Shown piece by piece: positions 49,793 to 63,084 of a DNA stretch of 64,000 nucleotides; the first letter of the stretch is position 1; each line of letters begins with the position of its first letter. Under the pieces are notes generated by a model. That model worked only from the letters and a program-made list of their open reading frames with translations. It did not search any database and was not told where the DNA came from. A program made the translations under genes and the position numbers. Source of the DNA: Raillietiella orientalis. Its lineage: Eukaryota. The DNA lies in contig JAYWIR010000002.1 in the NCBI GenBank assembly GCA_036172245.1, forward strand, positions 5,394,001-5,458,000. The letters are read 5' to 3'.

Positions 49793-50510
49793 TTAGCAGG
49801 TCCCCTGAGTTATTTTTACTGGAGAATATCTGAGTAGCTCGCTCTGGGGAAAACAGTGTAAGGCCACCGTGTTGCCCCGAATGTTCTTCAGCAAGTGACC
49901 GCATGTGGCGGTGGTATCTTGTGGGTGCCTCTCCCACTCGTATGCTGATAAAAGTACCTCTTCCGATAAATGAGGATACCGGAAATCCTTTGAATCATCA
50001 TCCCAGAAATGCCTTCCTATCTCTGGAATTCTGGAGGAAGGTAAATATGAAATGACCATCCTTCGTTTCAAAGGGCTTTCCTTCCTCGCTGCCTTTTCTA
50101 AGGATACATCCGAGTGTGCAGTGAGATCACGAACAGGATCAGGAACTTGATAAAACTGCAATAAAACAGATTATTACATTTGCAATGAAAATTAATGGCG
50201 CGAAATCTGCACTTCACATTATAAGTGTATTACACGATGAAGAAATACGAAGCTCATCTTCCGATGAAAGTCTTCTATCAAAGTAAGGAGGAATCCCTTT
50301 CGGAATTCAAGAGAAGTGCAGATTTTTGGAACCCCATTTTCAACTCTCTCCTTCCGTTCGCCTTGATTTATTATCAATGCCCTCAGAGAACGGAACTGCG
50401 CGTTGAATGCAATTTTTGGATTTTATCACTTGGAACATCTGTATCCCTATTCTGTGCAAATCGTTCTTTAATGAAGAGTTCTTTTTCGAGCTCCCATTCT
50501 TCCAGCCAAT
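49793..50510 (-). pseudogene. Two-exon gene fragment, frameshifted (pseudogene or assembly indel); family unknown
   Basis: A phase-0 intron at 50156-50248 (GTATTT...TTTTATTGCAG) joins ...KGFLLTLIEDFHRKMSF to FYQVPDPVRDL...IGRHFWDDDSKDFRYPHL. The upstream WLEEWELEKELFIKERF connects only via a 1-nt shift at the homopolymer 50413-50417. Confidence 0.45.
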
Positions 50511-53500
50511 GAAGCGAGTTTCAAAGAGGACTCCCGCGTATCTCCACGGCCGCACAAACTCCATCACACCTATTTGGATTGCGAGGAACCTCAGGAGCCT
50601 CGCCAACGCTCAGGTGTGAACAGGGACCACTTAGTGTTCAGGCTGGAGTTGCCCGACGACACTGCGGCCAGCCGCAGTTCTCGACCTCTCTCTTTCGTCT
50701 CTCGTTTTGGAGCGCGGCTGCGTTACGTGCTGGAAGCACTCTCGAGAAGCAGCTTCCAGCATAATTCATCTGTCAGGATTGCAAGATTTCACTGCTTCGT
50801 CGTTCCTGGAAAACCAGAAGTCGCATTATTTCTATCCAAACGCTGGTTCGGAGAAGACGAAACCCCGAGCGGGGCCCGGCTGCCTTCCACAACATGGCAG
50901 GAAAAAAACGAAAGAAAAAACTCTGCAAGCAAAGGGCAACCCACCGAATACGTTAGTCCGCAGCATGGAGGAGGAGGACTCGTCAAGGGCCAGTCCAAAA
51001 GAGACTCCAGAGGGCATTCTCTGCTGCGAGGTTCCTCGGGTTTTAGCTTCCTGGAAGCATTTCCTGCTTTTCTCCTGTTAGGTCCCTCGCTGGCAATACT
51101 GCTGGAGCTCGCGCGTTGTGGACCGAACCCTCTAGCGAGTCTAGGGAGAGTCTTGCTGGTAGTTTCCCGTGGATGAGGATACACGTCGAGGATGCTGCTG
51201 GGGATATCTTTTTTCTCTCGTTCTCTGTCTTTACAACGTCAGAAGACGCCGTCAGACAGTGGCACTGCCACTGTTTGCCAGTGCCGCTTCTTACGTTGGG
51301 TGGCGAGGGCCAAGTGGATAGGGTAAACAGAACAGGGAAATGAAGCGGGCAAGAAAAACCCCGTTGCCTCACTGAATTGATGGCACCACCGGAGTGTCTT
51401 CGCCCTTTTGGCAGCAAAGGAAGCAAAAGCTGCTTGTGCCCGTATTCTCCCCCTCCTCCCTGCTGTCAAGCTGGAGACCGCGTCCATCCTTACGTGTAAG
51501 CCGAGGGGCCGCTCTTGAGCTTGGGAATAGCAAAGAGCTGCGTTCTTTCTTTGCAGGCCGTCCCCCTGGAGAAGATGGAACTTTCCCTGTTCGGCTTGCG
51601 TCCACTGCAAGGAATACTCCCATCTATGCATCATTCTCCCCCCCCCCCCCCCCCCAGTGTACCCAGCAGCCTTTTTGGACCTGAAGGCTTGTATCCTCGT
51701 TTTCTCGAAGAACTGAAAAGTGCATATCTGTTGAGAAAGGAGAGATGGCTGCACAAGGGAAGCGGGAAAAAAAAAGAAAAAAGACAGCGCTCGTAAACCT
51801 TCAGCGAAGAATTTGGAGAAAACAACAGACGTCCATTCTCCACCATTCCAAATCATCTCTGGTTAATTCTCCCCCTCCTCCCTCCCTCCCTCCCTCCTCT
51901 CAAGATGGACCGGAGCGGTGCTGAATGGAAAGGCATGAAAACTCTGCTCCCACCAAACACCGCTGAGCAAACATCGTCAACTGACGGCCACACTTCACAC
52001 ACCCTCGGCCTATGGACGCATCCAGGTGCCACGTCCGCTCCCTCTAGCAAGCGTCTTCAGGATCACTGGTGGCAATTCAGGTTCTGTCGAGGGATGCGTG
52101 GATCCATCTTTACTGCGGTTTGCAGCCCCTGCCGCCATCGTGGATAAGGATCAGCAAGCCGCTATTACTGCCGTGATCAAGCAACAGTGGTTGCTTGGTC
52201 ACGGCAAGACAGAGCATGTCTACCTGGACGTCATCTCACTGACGGACCTGACCGATCCCGCTCCGGCGGCAGCGCGAGGGGAAGAGGTGGACTCGGGGTA
52301 GTGGACAGAGGTTGTCGTCACCGAGGGCTGCGCAAAGAACGAGGCTCCCAGAGCCCAGCCTCCGACTCTGTGGCAGCGGCCGGCAGCATTCACGCGCCTG
52401 CCACGTCCACTCCCCCGCGTTTCCGACCGGGAAGGTCCCGAAGAGGGCGAGGGGACCACGCGTGCCGGAGCTCAGACTCTTGCAGACTCCTATTCCGCGG
52501 AACCGAGGGGGGCCGATGATTGATCTCGGATGCAGCGGGCCGTTCTTCTGGAGCGTCTCCTGCTACTTATGGCCTGAAATTAATCGCCCGTCGATCGACG
52601 GAGGCTCGCACGATCGCGTCGATTATCGGAGACGAGAGACGAGGTGGTCATTAAGAAGAGACGCGCAGGTCATGTGAGGAGGGGAGCCGGCAAAGATCCT
52701 CGAAGGAGACGGGAGCGCGCTCGCGGGCCAGAATTTCCCTCCGGAATCTGAGACGGAGAGAGCGCAGGTCGGGTAGAAGTCTCAGGAAAGCAAAGCTGCC
52801 GCCCAGGCGGATGTTGCGGCTCGGGGATTGCGACCGCGTCCGCGTCCCAAGCTCCATCGGGACGGGACGTTCGTTGACGACGTGGAAAAGCCGGGAGTAA
52901 CAGCATCGCTCGTCTTCCTGGGACTCGAAGGGGGAGGGGAAGGGAGGGAGCAGCTTGAAGAAGGAAGGAGCCGAGAGCAATCCTTCTGCCTCAGTCTCAG
53001 TCTGCCTCCGCCGCCGCTGCCACCGCCCTGGGAAACGAGCGAAATTGCGGCCTGGATTGGCGGACGCGCCGCCGTTCGGTTCTTTGAGCGCCGGGCATTG
53101 CCGTATTGATGCAGACGAGGGTCGAAGAGCTCCGCTGGAACTTCCAGGGTGGTAATTAAGCGGTCGCTGGAATGCTGGCGGGAGGGGCAGCGGCTGGACG
53201 CGCGCCGCAGACCCGGGAAGTGACTTGGCGCAGAAGCGCATCCATCGAAACGGCGCGCTTCCTCCTCGCGCGAAACCGCTGGTGCGCGCCGCCCCGCTTC
53301 GACCACGTGGGTGGCACCTCCTGCTCGCTCGGGGGGGCAGCTCCCCCGCCAGGAGGGAAACGAAAGCGGGAAGACTGGGAACGTCGCTCGCGGGGGTGCC
53401 AGGGCCGTGGGAAAGCGAGTAGGGTGCCGCCGGAGAGCCTCTCTGCGATGCGGCGAGGGAACCGGCCGCGGCCCTCCGCCCCCAGCCCTCGGTTGCTGAC

Positions 53501-55439
53501 CGAGCGGTGCCAGTGGACAGGCTCACTGCACTCCGGAGGACTCTACCCGAAGGATCGGCGGGAGGAGGGGGAAGAGGAAGACGAAGTCGCGATCTTCATG
53601 CACCCGCTCCCCAAGCCGCCCACTCGCGATCCACAGGCGTTCTCTCGAGCCGCGACTCCCGGGCCGAGGAGGACCCCTACGATTTTCCTCTTCATCCCCC
53701 GTCTCCGCTCCCACTCGACCGGGAAGGATCTGCATCTTCCTCCTCTCTTCGAGCTCCGTCGGAGGTGCGCGCCAACGAGTCTCAGCTTTCTCGTGCCGGC
53801 CGATGGGCGATGCCGTCCGGAAAGGGGAAAGCTGAGATGCTCAGCCCCTTCGGGAAGAGAGAGTCCCAGCGTCACTGTCCTTTTTTTTCCTTTTTCTTTG
53901 CCCTTCCTTCCGCGGGCGTAACCGTTCGTAGCCGCAGGGCACCGGTGGTCGCGATTTTTTTCATCCACAATTGCAGAAGCGGAATTTATGAGCGGCCATC
54001 GTAAAAAGCGGCGGGCGGCCGGGGCGCTGATTGCCAACGCTGACCGGCGTCCTCTACGGCGCGGAGGCAGCGGTCACGCGCCCCGGGAGCGACGGCGGCG
54101 AGGGAAAGAGGGCGCTCCTCAGAGCTCCTCTTCCTTCATCTCCCCGCTTCCCTGAGACCTTCCTCTTCCTCTCTTCCTTTCTCTCTTTGTCTTTCCCTTC
54201 CCGGCTTCCTGCGACCACTTTCGCTGCCTCCAAACATCGCCAGCGATTTCCCGGCCCAAAGCGCGTGCGCGCACGGGAGGTTGGCGCGAGCTTCGTGCCG
54301 GGCCCCGCGCGGACGTGTGCGACAGGGCCGTTCGAACGGGGTGCGGAGGCCGCTCCGGAGGAAGCACGCCCGACGCGCGCGGGGTTCCTGCGGGCAGGAG
54401 GTGCCCGATTTGCCACCGGATCCGGGGTGCCTTCCAAGACGGAGGAAGACGCAGGAGGGGGGGCTTTGCTCTAGCGCCATCCTCCGTCCGTGGAGGAGAC
54501 GAGCCAAGGGGGGGCACGGAGCCCATGCGTCCGGCTTCCTTGAGGACACCCCGAGGTCTCGCGCTGGGCGCTCGGACGGGACATGGTGCCATCCCGCCGC
54601 CGGAGCCACCTTCAGCCAGCCGGAAAGAGAGGGAGGCGATAGGAAGTGGTTCTTCGGGGAAGGGGGAGGGAGCGGACAGGGAACACGCCAAGTCGCCGGC
54701 TCTCTCCTCCTTCTCTCGTGCACCACAGTCCTGGAAGACGATCCACGATCCAGGGGTCTTTCGCAGGGGTACCCCGCCTCGCCGACTTCCCACGCGCCCG
54801 ACACCAGCCTCGCGGTTCTCTCGCGATGTGCAAAGCGACCCGCGCTCAGCATCCCAAGGCTCTTTGACCCTCCCGCGGGGATCTCTCCTTCTGGTTCCTC
54901 GTGGCACTGCCTTTCGGAGTGGTGGACGTCTTCGTCTCACGTTGGCGGCCGTGCAGCTGCAGCCTCCGCGCGTCGCGCGGAGCGCTGTATCAGGTGTCGC
55001 GGGCTCAAATCCCGCCCGGGGAAGGATCGACGCCGAGAAATGGAGGAGTGCGTCGCGTGGGTTTCGAGTCCCCTCACCCCGCAGGATCACGTTGGATGCG
55101 ACACCGATGGAAGCCGGATGTCCCCGTTGACTAGGCTTCCGGAATTAGAAGTCGCCCCCCCCCCCCGAGTCCTTCCAGGAGTCGAAGGGTCGGTTCCCTT
55201 GATGGTTCCCCTCTGGTTGTTTAGATGGACCGTCTCGTACCATGGAGCTGGTGGACCGGCACCTCTCCGGAGTGCCAAGAAGCGTGGTGCTCCCTTCGGC
55301 GTTCTCTTAGGAGGAAACAGGGAGAAGCCCCCTCCAGGGTCCCTCCGGAGAGAACAAGGAAGACAAAATTGGAAGCGTCCCTTCCGGGCTCCCTTCGGAG
55401 AAGAAATCTCTAAGGGAAGTTGATGTCAATGGCCAGCCA

Positions 55440-55990
55440 GAGAACTGGAAAGTCTTCTGAGAGATCGCAGGCAGGCGGAAACTGAAGAGTGGATGGACCA
55501 TGGAGCAGCTGACCGACGTTGCGACCCCGAGTGTCCTTGCACGCGGATTATAGAGCTGGAGCGAGCTGCTCGGCATTTCTAGCGAAGACCTGAAGTGGTC
55601 CCCAGTGCTCAAGTGCAACAGCACCCTTCCCCCACCCTGGAGTGTCAGGGGGTGGCTCTTTTGCCGTTGCACCGGGGCCTTCCCTGCAAGGACGGCACCA
55701 CTGGACTCTGAGGGTGGAGGCGAGCCCGCACTGCCACAGGTGAGGAAAATGAGAACACCTCCCGCACCTGCTTGTGGATCGCGTTGTCCCCCGGCCCCTG
55801 TGGGGAACGTTTCGGGGTGACCCACAGGACTCTCGGGTGACAACAACCACAGGAACCTCGTGAAACTACTCTTTGCGCGGGGCGTCTTCCGCCAGCCTGG
55901 CAGCCTCATAAGCTCCTTGCTGCATTAGAGGGATTGAGGTGGCCTGAAGCGACGCTCAAGGAGGGCCATACGAGAGGGGATCTATAGAGC
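55440..55990 (+). mobile_element. L1/Tx1-like ORF2 3' fragment
   Basis: GWTMEQLTDVATPSVLARGL*SWSELL, LHRGLPCKD and PHCHR*GK*EHLPHLLVD (zf-RVT). Confidence 0.65.
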
Positions 55991-57389
55991 GCTCACTTCG
56001 CTCTCTGCGTCTGGACGGGAGGTGGAGAGAGGGGAAGGGAAGCGACGAGGACGCAGAAGTGCAAGTCCATCCTACCTCCGCTCTCCCTGGGTGTCCCTAC
56101 TAACAGAATATGCAGCTTGCCAGTCATCGGCTCCTCCCTCCGGGTCCGAGCGCCGCCACTTGGCCTGGCGGCACTCCGATCTCCCTGTTCTCTCTTCCCG
56201 TTCTTCTCGACTGCACTTTCGCCACCAGGGAAGCCTCACGGGATTCAGAGTTGCGGTCCAAGACCGGAGGGGACATTCTCGGGCGTGCTGCTCAGCCAGG
56301 GACCCGGAAAGACCCACGCAGGTGTAATCACGAATGGGTCGAAATGAACTGGAAGGGTCGGAGCGTTTCCTAGGTGATCTCGGCGTCCCATGATGTCGTG
56401 TCCGCCCGTCCGGTGGATCTTCTCCCTCCGCATCCCCGCGAGGCCAAGGGGAGAGCCTCTCCCCCCGTTCCTGCTAGGTCGTTGGGGAAATCGCCTTGGA
56501 AACCGCCGAGGGAAGACGGTAAGCTTCCGCTGAGCCGGGAGAGAGCCCCTCGGGCATTGAGAAGACGTCAGCATTTCTAAGCCGGCAGGGAGAACCAACG
56601 CGCGGGGACCGCGGCATCCTGAGAGGAAGAGGCGGGACAGAGGAGGGGTCTATCCGCGGCGCACTCCCCAAGCGGGCGGTGTGCCGACTGCCGCCGGACG
56701 CGGCGGAAGAACGGAAGACGAGGAGTTCCCCTCTCGACCGACCCGTGTCGCTACGATGAGGACCGCCGAACTGTGAGGACCCCCCCTCCGTTCTGGACGG
56801 CCAGATGGTTCCCTCGGACTCCGAGGCGAGGAAGGGGGAGAGGTCTAAAGTTAGCAAGCGGCCGGTCCCAAACGGGGGTTTTCAGAAGATGGACCCCGGG
56901 GATTTCAGACGTCAGAGCAGGGAGACCTCGACGCGCGGAGCAGAAAGGAGGGGGGACTGCGGTCAGCTGGGACGGACGCACCCGCCGCCTCAGGCATCCG
57001 TCTCCAAGGTTCCTTCTCTCCTCCCCCAATTCATCTCCCGTCGTCTCTTGGAGACGGGTTTTTCCCATCTCTTGTTCGCTCCTTGTCGTCCTGAGATCCC
57101 CTAGGGCGCTCGCGCGCTCACCTCCTGCGACCGCGCGCCCTGTCACATCGCCTCCAGGCGGGTCCTTCCTCAGCGGACGAAAACGGGACCAGGGAGAGAT
57201 GCCGCGTCATCGCCGTGGCAGCGACCCTGGCGGCAGGTCCGTCGACAGCCACGGAACCGGATCCTCCAGAGGCGCCGCTCGGGTTGCCTGGCGCCCGTCG
57301 CGCGTGTCTCTGGATCCCCCCGCGGTAAGGACCCCCCCACGACAGGAGACCCTTCAGGAGAAAGTCCGGCGACCCTCTGGCTAAATGGG

Positions 57390-58225
57390 GAGTCTCCTGC
57401 GAGATCTCCTCCAGGAGCAGGACTCTGACCGGTTGGAACACGAGACAGCTGACCGACGCCGCGACCCTAGGTCTCCCACCGAAAGGGCTGGTGAGCTGGA
57501 GAGAGATGCTTGCTGGTAATCCCCCGTGGGGATCCTGAGTGGCCTCCAACGCTCTGGAACGACCGCGCCCTCCCTTTCGAGTGGAGTGGGGGAGGATCGG
57601 CGCCGCTGCTCTTGCTCTGGAGCCTCCCAGGCAATGCCCTCCGACACCACTGGCTCCGGGGAGGGGGTGGACCCAAACTGCGCCGGGGTGCGGGGGACGT
57701 GGATCCCTCCAGCAGCTCCTCGTGGGCTTCGTTGCCCGCGACTTTCGCAAGAACCCTCCGGACGTGGACACTTTCTCCTGGATTTTCACCCCGGATAGCC
57801 GTGGCGACCCCAGAGAACCTTCCTTGCGTGAGACGCGTTGCCGCCGGATGCATCCCCAGCGGCCATTTGCCGCCTGTGCGGGATCGCGGTGGTCCGGAGC
57901 GACGCTGGGATCGCGCCGTCCACTTCCCCATACGTCTGTTGCAGGGGCAACGAGATGGCTCCACTTGGAGAAAACAGGAGAAGAACCTGCAGGCACCCTC
58001 TCGAGGGCGCTGAGGGCGGCCATTGACGGGATGTGACCCCTCCCCGTGACCCCCAGAATTCTCTTTCTTTGGGGGTTCCTTTTTTCCTTTTTGTGTCCCT
58101 CCCCTCTGCTGTCAGGGCCGCACCCCCGCTGCAAACCATGAGGCAAACCGTGCCCTGGTGAACACCTGATATATCCGCTGGCCCTACCGTTTTGTGATCT
58201 TTTTTTTTTCAATGAACGCCACAGC
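57390..58225 (+). mobile_element. L1/Tx1-like ORF2 3' end plus UTR
   Basis: GWNTRQLTDAATLGLPPKGLVSWREML, ending GATRWLHLEKTGEEPAGTL..*. The T-rich UTR ends AATGAACGCCACAGC, compare AATAAACGCCCCAGC at 22295. Confidence 0.65.
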
Positions 58226-59599
58226 TATACGCGGTGAAAATTCAGAGAAAGTTCGGCTTCAGACCCCCCTACGCGTCTCCTGTGCGGCCGAGTGGCTCCC
58301 TGCGTCGAGAGGACTCTCTATCCGGACCACCTGGTCGCGCACCCCTGCGTTCCCTCTGGGGAACGCAGGAGTATTTTTCCGGTATTTTTCCTCTGCTCCT
58401 GTCCCTATCGGGATCCCCGAGTGGGCCTCTTCAGGACGGAATGGTTCCAGCGCCGCGGCGAGGGCCCTGGCCCAGCTTCCCGGTATCGCCACGAGCCGCG
58501 AGAACACGAGAGCGATGTCAACGGCAACAACCGAAGCCGAAGACAATGCCGGAGTCCATCGAGGAGCCTCTGGACGGGGCTTCCGCGAAGTGTCTGCCCG
58601 CTTCATCCTCCAGGCGGGAGGAGGAAAGGACGCCGGTGTGCGTCCTCATCACTGCCCTCCACCCGCCTCCCGCCCCTCGCACGTGCGCTCGGTTGCGCCG
58701 TCCGTATCGGAGGGTGGCGGCGCCACCTCTGCTAAGAGCACCCGGGAGAAGCCGCCGCGGAAGGGACGGAGGAGACCCTAGCACGCGCGCTTGCGCAACC
58801 CCCCGAGAGGCCGGCCGGCGGTGCGGACTCCGCCGGAGAGGCCGGCAGACGCTCCCTCGCCGCTTGATGGACGACCGGCGCTCTTCGCTTTCACGTCTTC
58901 TTGCCCCCGAGTGCGCAATCCTGCGGACTCCCTCCTACCCTGCTCCGCCCCCATCCCCAGCTTGGCGGCCCGCGAACCTCCGGCTGGCGTCGAGAGGGAA
59001 ACCCCGGCAAAGCGCAGAACGAGAAAAGGAAGAGGAGAAGGAGAGAAAGGAAATGGAGGCGTGAAGGAGGACCCCTGACTTGACCTGACTGCGGCCCAGA
59101 CTTCGGGGAGATCCTCCCGCACCCCAATGCAGGGGACCCCAAGGCGCACCGTCTCAGCGGCCGCCGCCGCCTCTCGACCAAGCGATCCGCCCCTCCTCCT
59201 CTTCTTTCACTCTCGCTCCTGACCGCGTTCCTCCTCTTATGCCTTCCCCTCCCTTGGCAGGCAGCTACCTCCTTCCTTCCTTCCCGCCTTCCAGGAAGGC
59301 AAAGGGACTGTGTCTCGCAGGCACCCTCACTCCACTTCCGCCACCCTCCTCCGATATTTTTCCGGCTGACCTGGCGGCTGCCATCTGCTGGCGTCTCGGC
59401 TGGTGTGCGTTGCCAGGGGACCGGCAGCCGCCAGGCACGCGCAGCACAGGGGGTGGTGTGCTGCGCGTGAGCCGCCCCTGAGCGAGGGCTTCCCTAGCCT
59501 CCGACCTGGCTGAGCCGCAGGCCGCCTCCGGGATGCTGCACCTCGCTCTCCGCGCGAAGACGCCCGTTCAAGGACGCACGTCGAAGGCGCCGCGGGCGA

Positions 59600-62450
59600 A
59601 ATTCCTCGAGTCCTGAAGGGAAAAAGCGGGCGGCTTGGAATGCCCCGTCTCGCACGCTCTCGACTTTGACGGCAGGAGCCACTCCCCTATCGCCGCCCGC
59701 CGCAGAGGCGCCAACGTTCTCTCGAGAGAAGGCCCCCCTGGACCCAGGTAAAAGCGTCGGCGCCCGTGGGACCGTTACCCCTTCCCTCGCCAGCCAAGAC
59801 CCCGTCCCTGTTTTTTTTCCTCTCCTTTCTGTCACGCAGCGCGACCTCGGACCGGTGGTCTTCGAGGCCCTTGACGGGCCTGCACTCCTCGCAGCCTTTC
59901 GCCGCACGCGCGATCCTTTTTCCTGACGCGGCGGTCGAAGGGGGACTGAAGGAGGAAACCGTCAGCAGTGAGGATTCTGCTGAGGGAGCTGCTTGGAAGT
60001 GGCCGCCGGACACAGGTCAGCCCTTGCGACGCGCGACCTCGGAGGATGCAGTGCCGCCTTCCCAGCTGGCTGCAGGAGAGCAAAATAGGCGGCTCCCTGC
60101 GAGGGCGCCGGTTCTCCGGACGAAGCGGCCGCACGCGACGCGCCTCTGGACGACTGGGAGGTGGGCAGCCGGCCCGACCGATCGATGAGGAAGGAAGGAG
60201 GGTGTGGCCTCCCGGGGAGGGATCCGCTGGAAGTCCCGTCCGGGATCTTCAAGTGGGGAAATCTGCGTGGCCGCTCCGTGGTCAGGAAGCCCCGCACGCA
60301 GGCGATCGAGAGGGGCGAGGCAACGGCGAGGGAGTGTAGGACTCCCCTCCTCCTCTCACGTTCACTCCCGAGAAGGACAGAGGTTCCAGCGTGGCTGAGC
60401 AGCTCTCTACGCCAAGAGGATTCCCCACCCTGACCGCTCGGTTACGTGCTCCTGAGCAGACCCTCAGAGCAACCGTCTCTCGCGCAAGTGCGGAGGCGAC
60501 CTTTCCTGAAGATGACCTTGGCGCATCTGCGAAGACAGCGCCTTCTCCGTGGCCTATGGGAAGGCTTTCTGCAGTGGCTGTCCACATCCGGGAGGAAAAG
60601 GTCAGTATACCCTTGCAATTCGGTCCGAGCGGTCAAGCTCAGGAGCACAGGGTGGCCCCTTGATGACCCGGTCACCAGAAGCGACCAGCAGTAGCGGCCT
60701 GTGGGTCCCCGGAACGGCCTGTAAGGTACATCGGCGCCTGCCGGATCCTGGCGGGGTGTCGGCAGGGCCGGAGAACGTCACAAACCGGGAGGTCACCGTC
60801 GGCGGCATCATGATCCGATGCAAGTGCCAACATCCCTCCTGCCAAAAGGACGTCTACCAGGACAGGGAATCCTCCCTGCAAGGGACCCGACGGCCCGGGT
60901 CTCGAGAGGTCGTCCCCAGTGGTCTTCTCCGATAGGTCAGCACTCCCTGGAAGGGTTCCCGTCGGGATTGGAGCCGCCCACTGGGATGAGAATGTTCTCC
61001 GCCCTCGACCTGCGCTTTCCGGAAGGGTCGAGGACGGACCGGAGAAGAGAGGCTGGGAATGGAAGGAGTCGGCGTAGGGGACGATGACCTCAGGACCTTT
61101 CTTCAACCCCGCCCAAGCAGCAGCACCTTTTGGTTTCCTGACTTCCTTAGGCATGGACGAGCTGCTTCTTCAGGATCCAGGAGTGGAGCACCCTCTGCGG
61201 ATCCAGAAGGGCGCCATGGACATGGTGAAGGTGTCCTGGGACGCGGATAGGTGGCCACGGTCCCTCTCATCGGGAGGCCCGCGTCCCCGAAGGTGGATGT
61301 AGGGACTCCCCTGGGGTTCATTCTTCGCCGCTGCAGATCAGGGGTCAGGGTGATGCCCTCCTAAATCCCTCGAGTCCCTTTGCGCACCTGAGGGGTCCCA
61401 ATGGACTCCCTACCCTGGGAGGCGCACTCCTGGGAGCAAGGGTGGCCTTCCCGCCACCAGTCCCCTCCCTCCGAGATCCTTCGGTTCCTCCCGAAGCCCC
61501 GTTTCTCCGTTGGGGAGGGCCCCAGGCTCCGGGCCATGGCACGAGGGGTGGGGCGCGCTTCCAAGTGAAGGGAGCGGCTGCGTGACCTCCCCCACGCCCT
61601 CCCACCGTGGATTCGAGCGACGACGACGCTTGGAGTTCCAGCGAGGTCCCGGGGGCGATTCCTGCGTTCCATGGAGTCCTGCCGAAGCTCCCGCTCCCAC
61701 CGTGGGTTCCGTAGGAGGGGGGGGGGCATGCTGCTGATCTCCAAGAAGAGTCACAACCTCCTTGGGTACTCGTCCGCGCCCACCCCCAAGGAAAGAGACA
61801 CAATCACTCGAGGGGTCCGTCTCGAAAGGGAAGCACGTGAGCGCATCGGGGACCGACCCTGGCGTGACCCTAGGATTCACCGACACTGAGAGCTGCTCTC
61901 GCAGGGCGACTCCTTCCGGATCTCGAGCTTCCTGAGACGATGCCTCGCTCCTCTCCTGGGCACGGGCGGCGTTATCCTGGAGGCGGACGGCCCGCAGAGA
62001 AGCGCCGGAGGCGTCGGGCGGACTCCTCTGGAAGACGATGACGCGCACGCGCCGAGCCGCTAGCGGACAGCAGCCGCCGGAGGTCGTGGCGATCACCACG
62101 CCAGCCGGAAGCACCGAATGGGCGGGAGACGGATGGAGCGCGCGCGTCGCAGTTTGGCACCTGGGGGGTACACCGCGGGCAGAGCGAGTGAAGCACATGC
62201 TCACCACGGTACGCCCGCAAACCTTTCCCGCCCCCACATGCAGCGTCTGCCGCCGCGCCCGCGAGGATACAGGAGAGCCCGCCCACGTTTGGAGATGTGA
62301 CGCACGGGTCTGGAGGCTGTCAAGCGGCAGAGGACGCGCGCGCGTGAGGGCGACTCCGTTGTTCGCCCACGCGCAAGCGCCAGCTGCCGATGTCGCTGTC
62401 GCCCGAGACCGCACGCGCTTCCTGTCCGCTGGGTGGAACAGCGACGCACG
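59600..62450 (+). mobile_element. Near full-length decayed L1/Tx1 ORF2
   Basis: LDFDGR (EN), GLWEGFLQWL, AQGGPL (RT domain 4 QG.PL), GLWVPGTACKV (pre-YADD), and zf-RVT HLGGTPRAERVKH...PTCSVCRRAREDTGEPAHVWRC. Confidence 0.6.
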
Positions 62451-63084
62451 TCAAGCCAGATCCTCTGACCTGCGGAAAAGGCGGGGATCTGGAAGGTGTT
62501 AAGGCGGCCTCATAAGCATCCACGAAGGTCGTGGATGCTTCCAAGAGTCGTGGTCCACCGGATGCCAGGGATTAGCTCCTGGAACATGCGACCTCGGAGG
62601 ACACAGCACTCCCGTGCCAATTGGCTGCAAGAGCACCGGTTCTGCAAACGAATGGGCTGTACGGGAAGCGCACTTGGGCGTCGAGGGATGGACAGATGTC
62701 GGGAGACCCTCGGGAAAGAAGGCCAGGGCCTGCTGGATGAGACGGTCTCACCCCTTAGTGCGACTCCGGAAGTTGGAGAGGCGGTGTGTCTGTTGGGAAA
62801 CCCGCTCCTCCTTGCGCGAAAGTACGGGTTGACCCTTTCCCGGCGCGCCCGTCTGCTCGCTCCCTTGATAGGCACACCGCACCCTCTTTCCTCGCTAGTA
62901 GAAGGTTACCCGGAGGTGTTGAAGAGCTGCGACGTCCGAGCTCTTCTGCTTTCTTGGGAGTCACCCATCGGGCGTAGGAAGTTTGAAGCTTCCCCCTTTC
63001 ACAAAGAATAGGGGAGTGGGGGGGTGGAAGAGAAACAGAACAATAGGAAGACGAGCAAGCGCTTTCCTCTGGGTCACTCCAACG

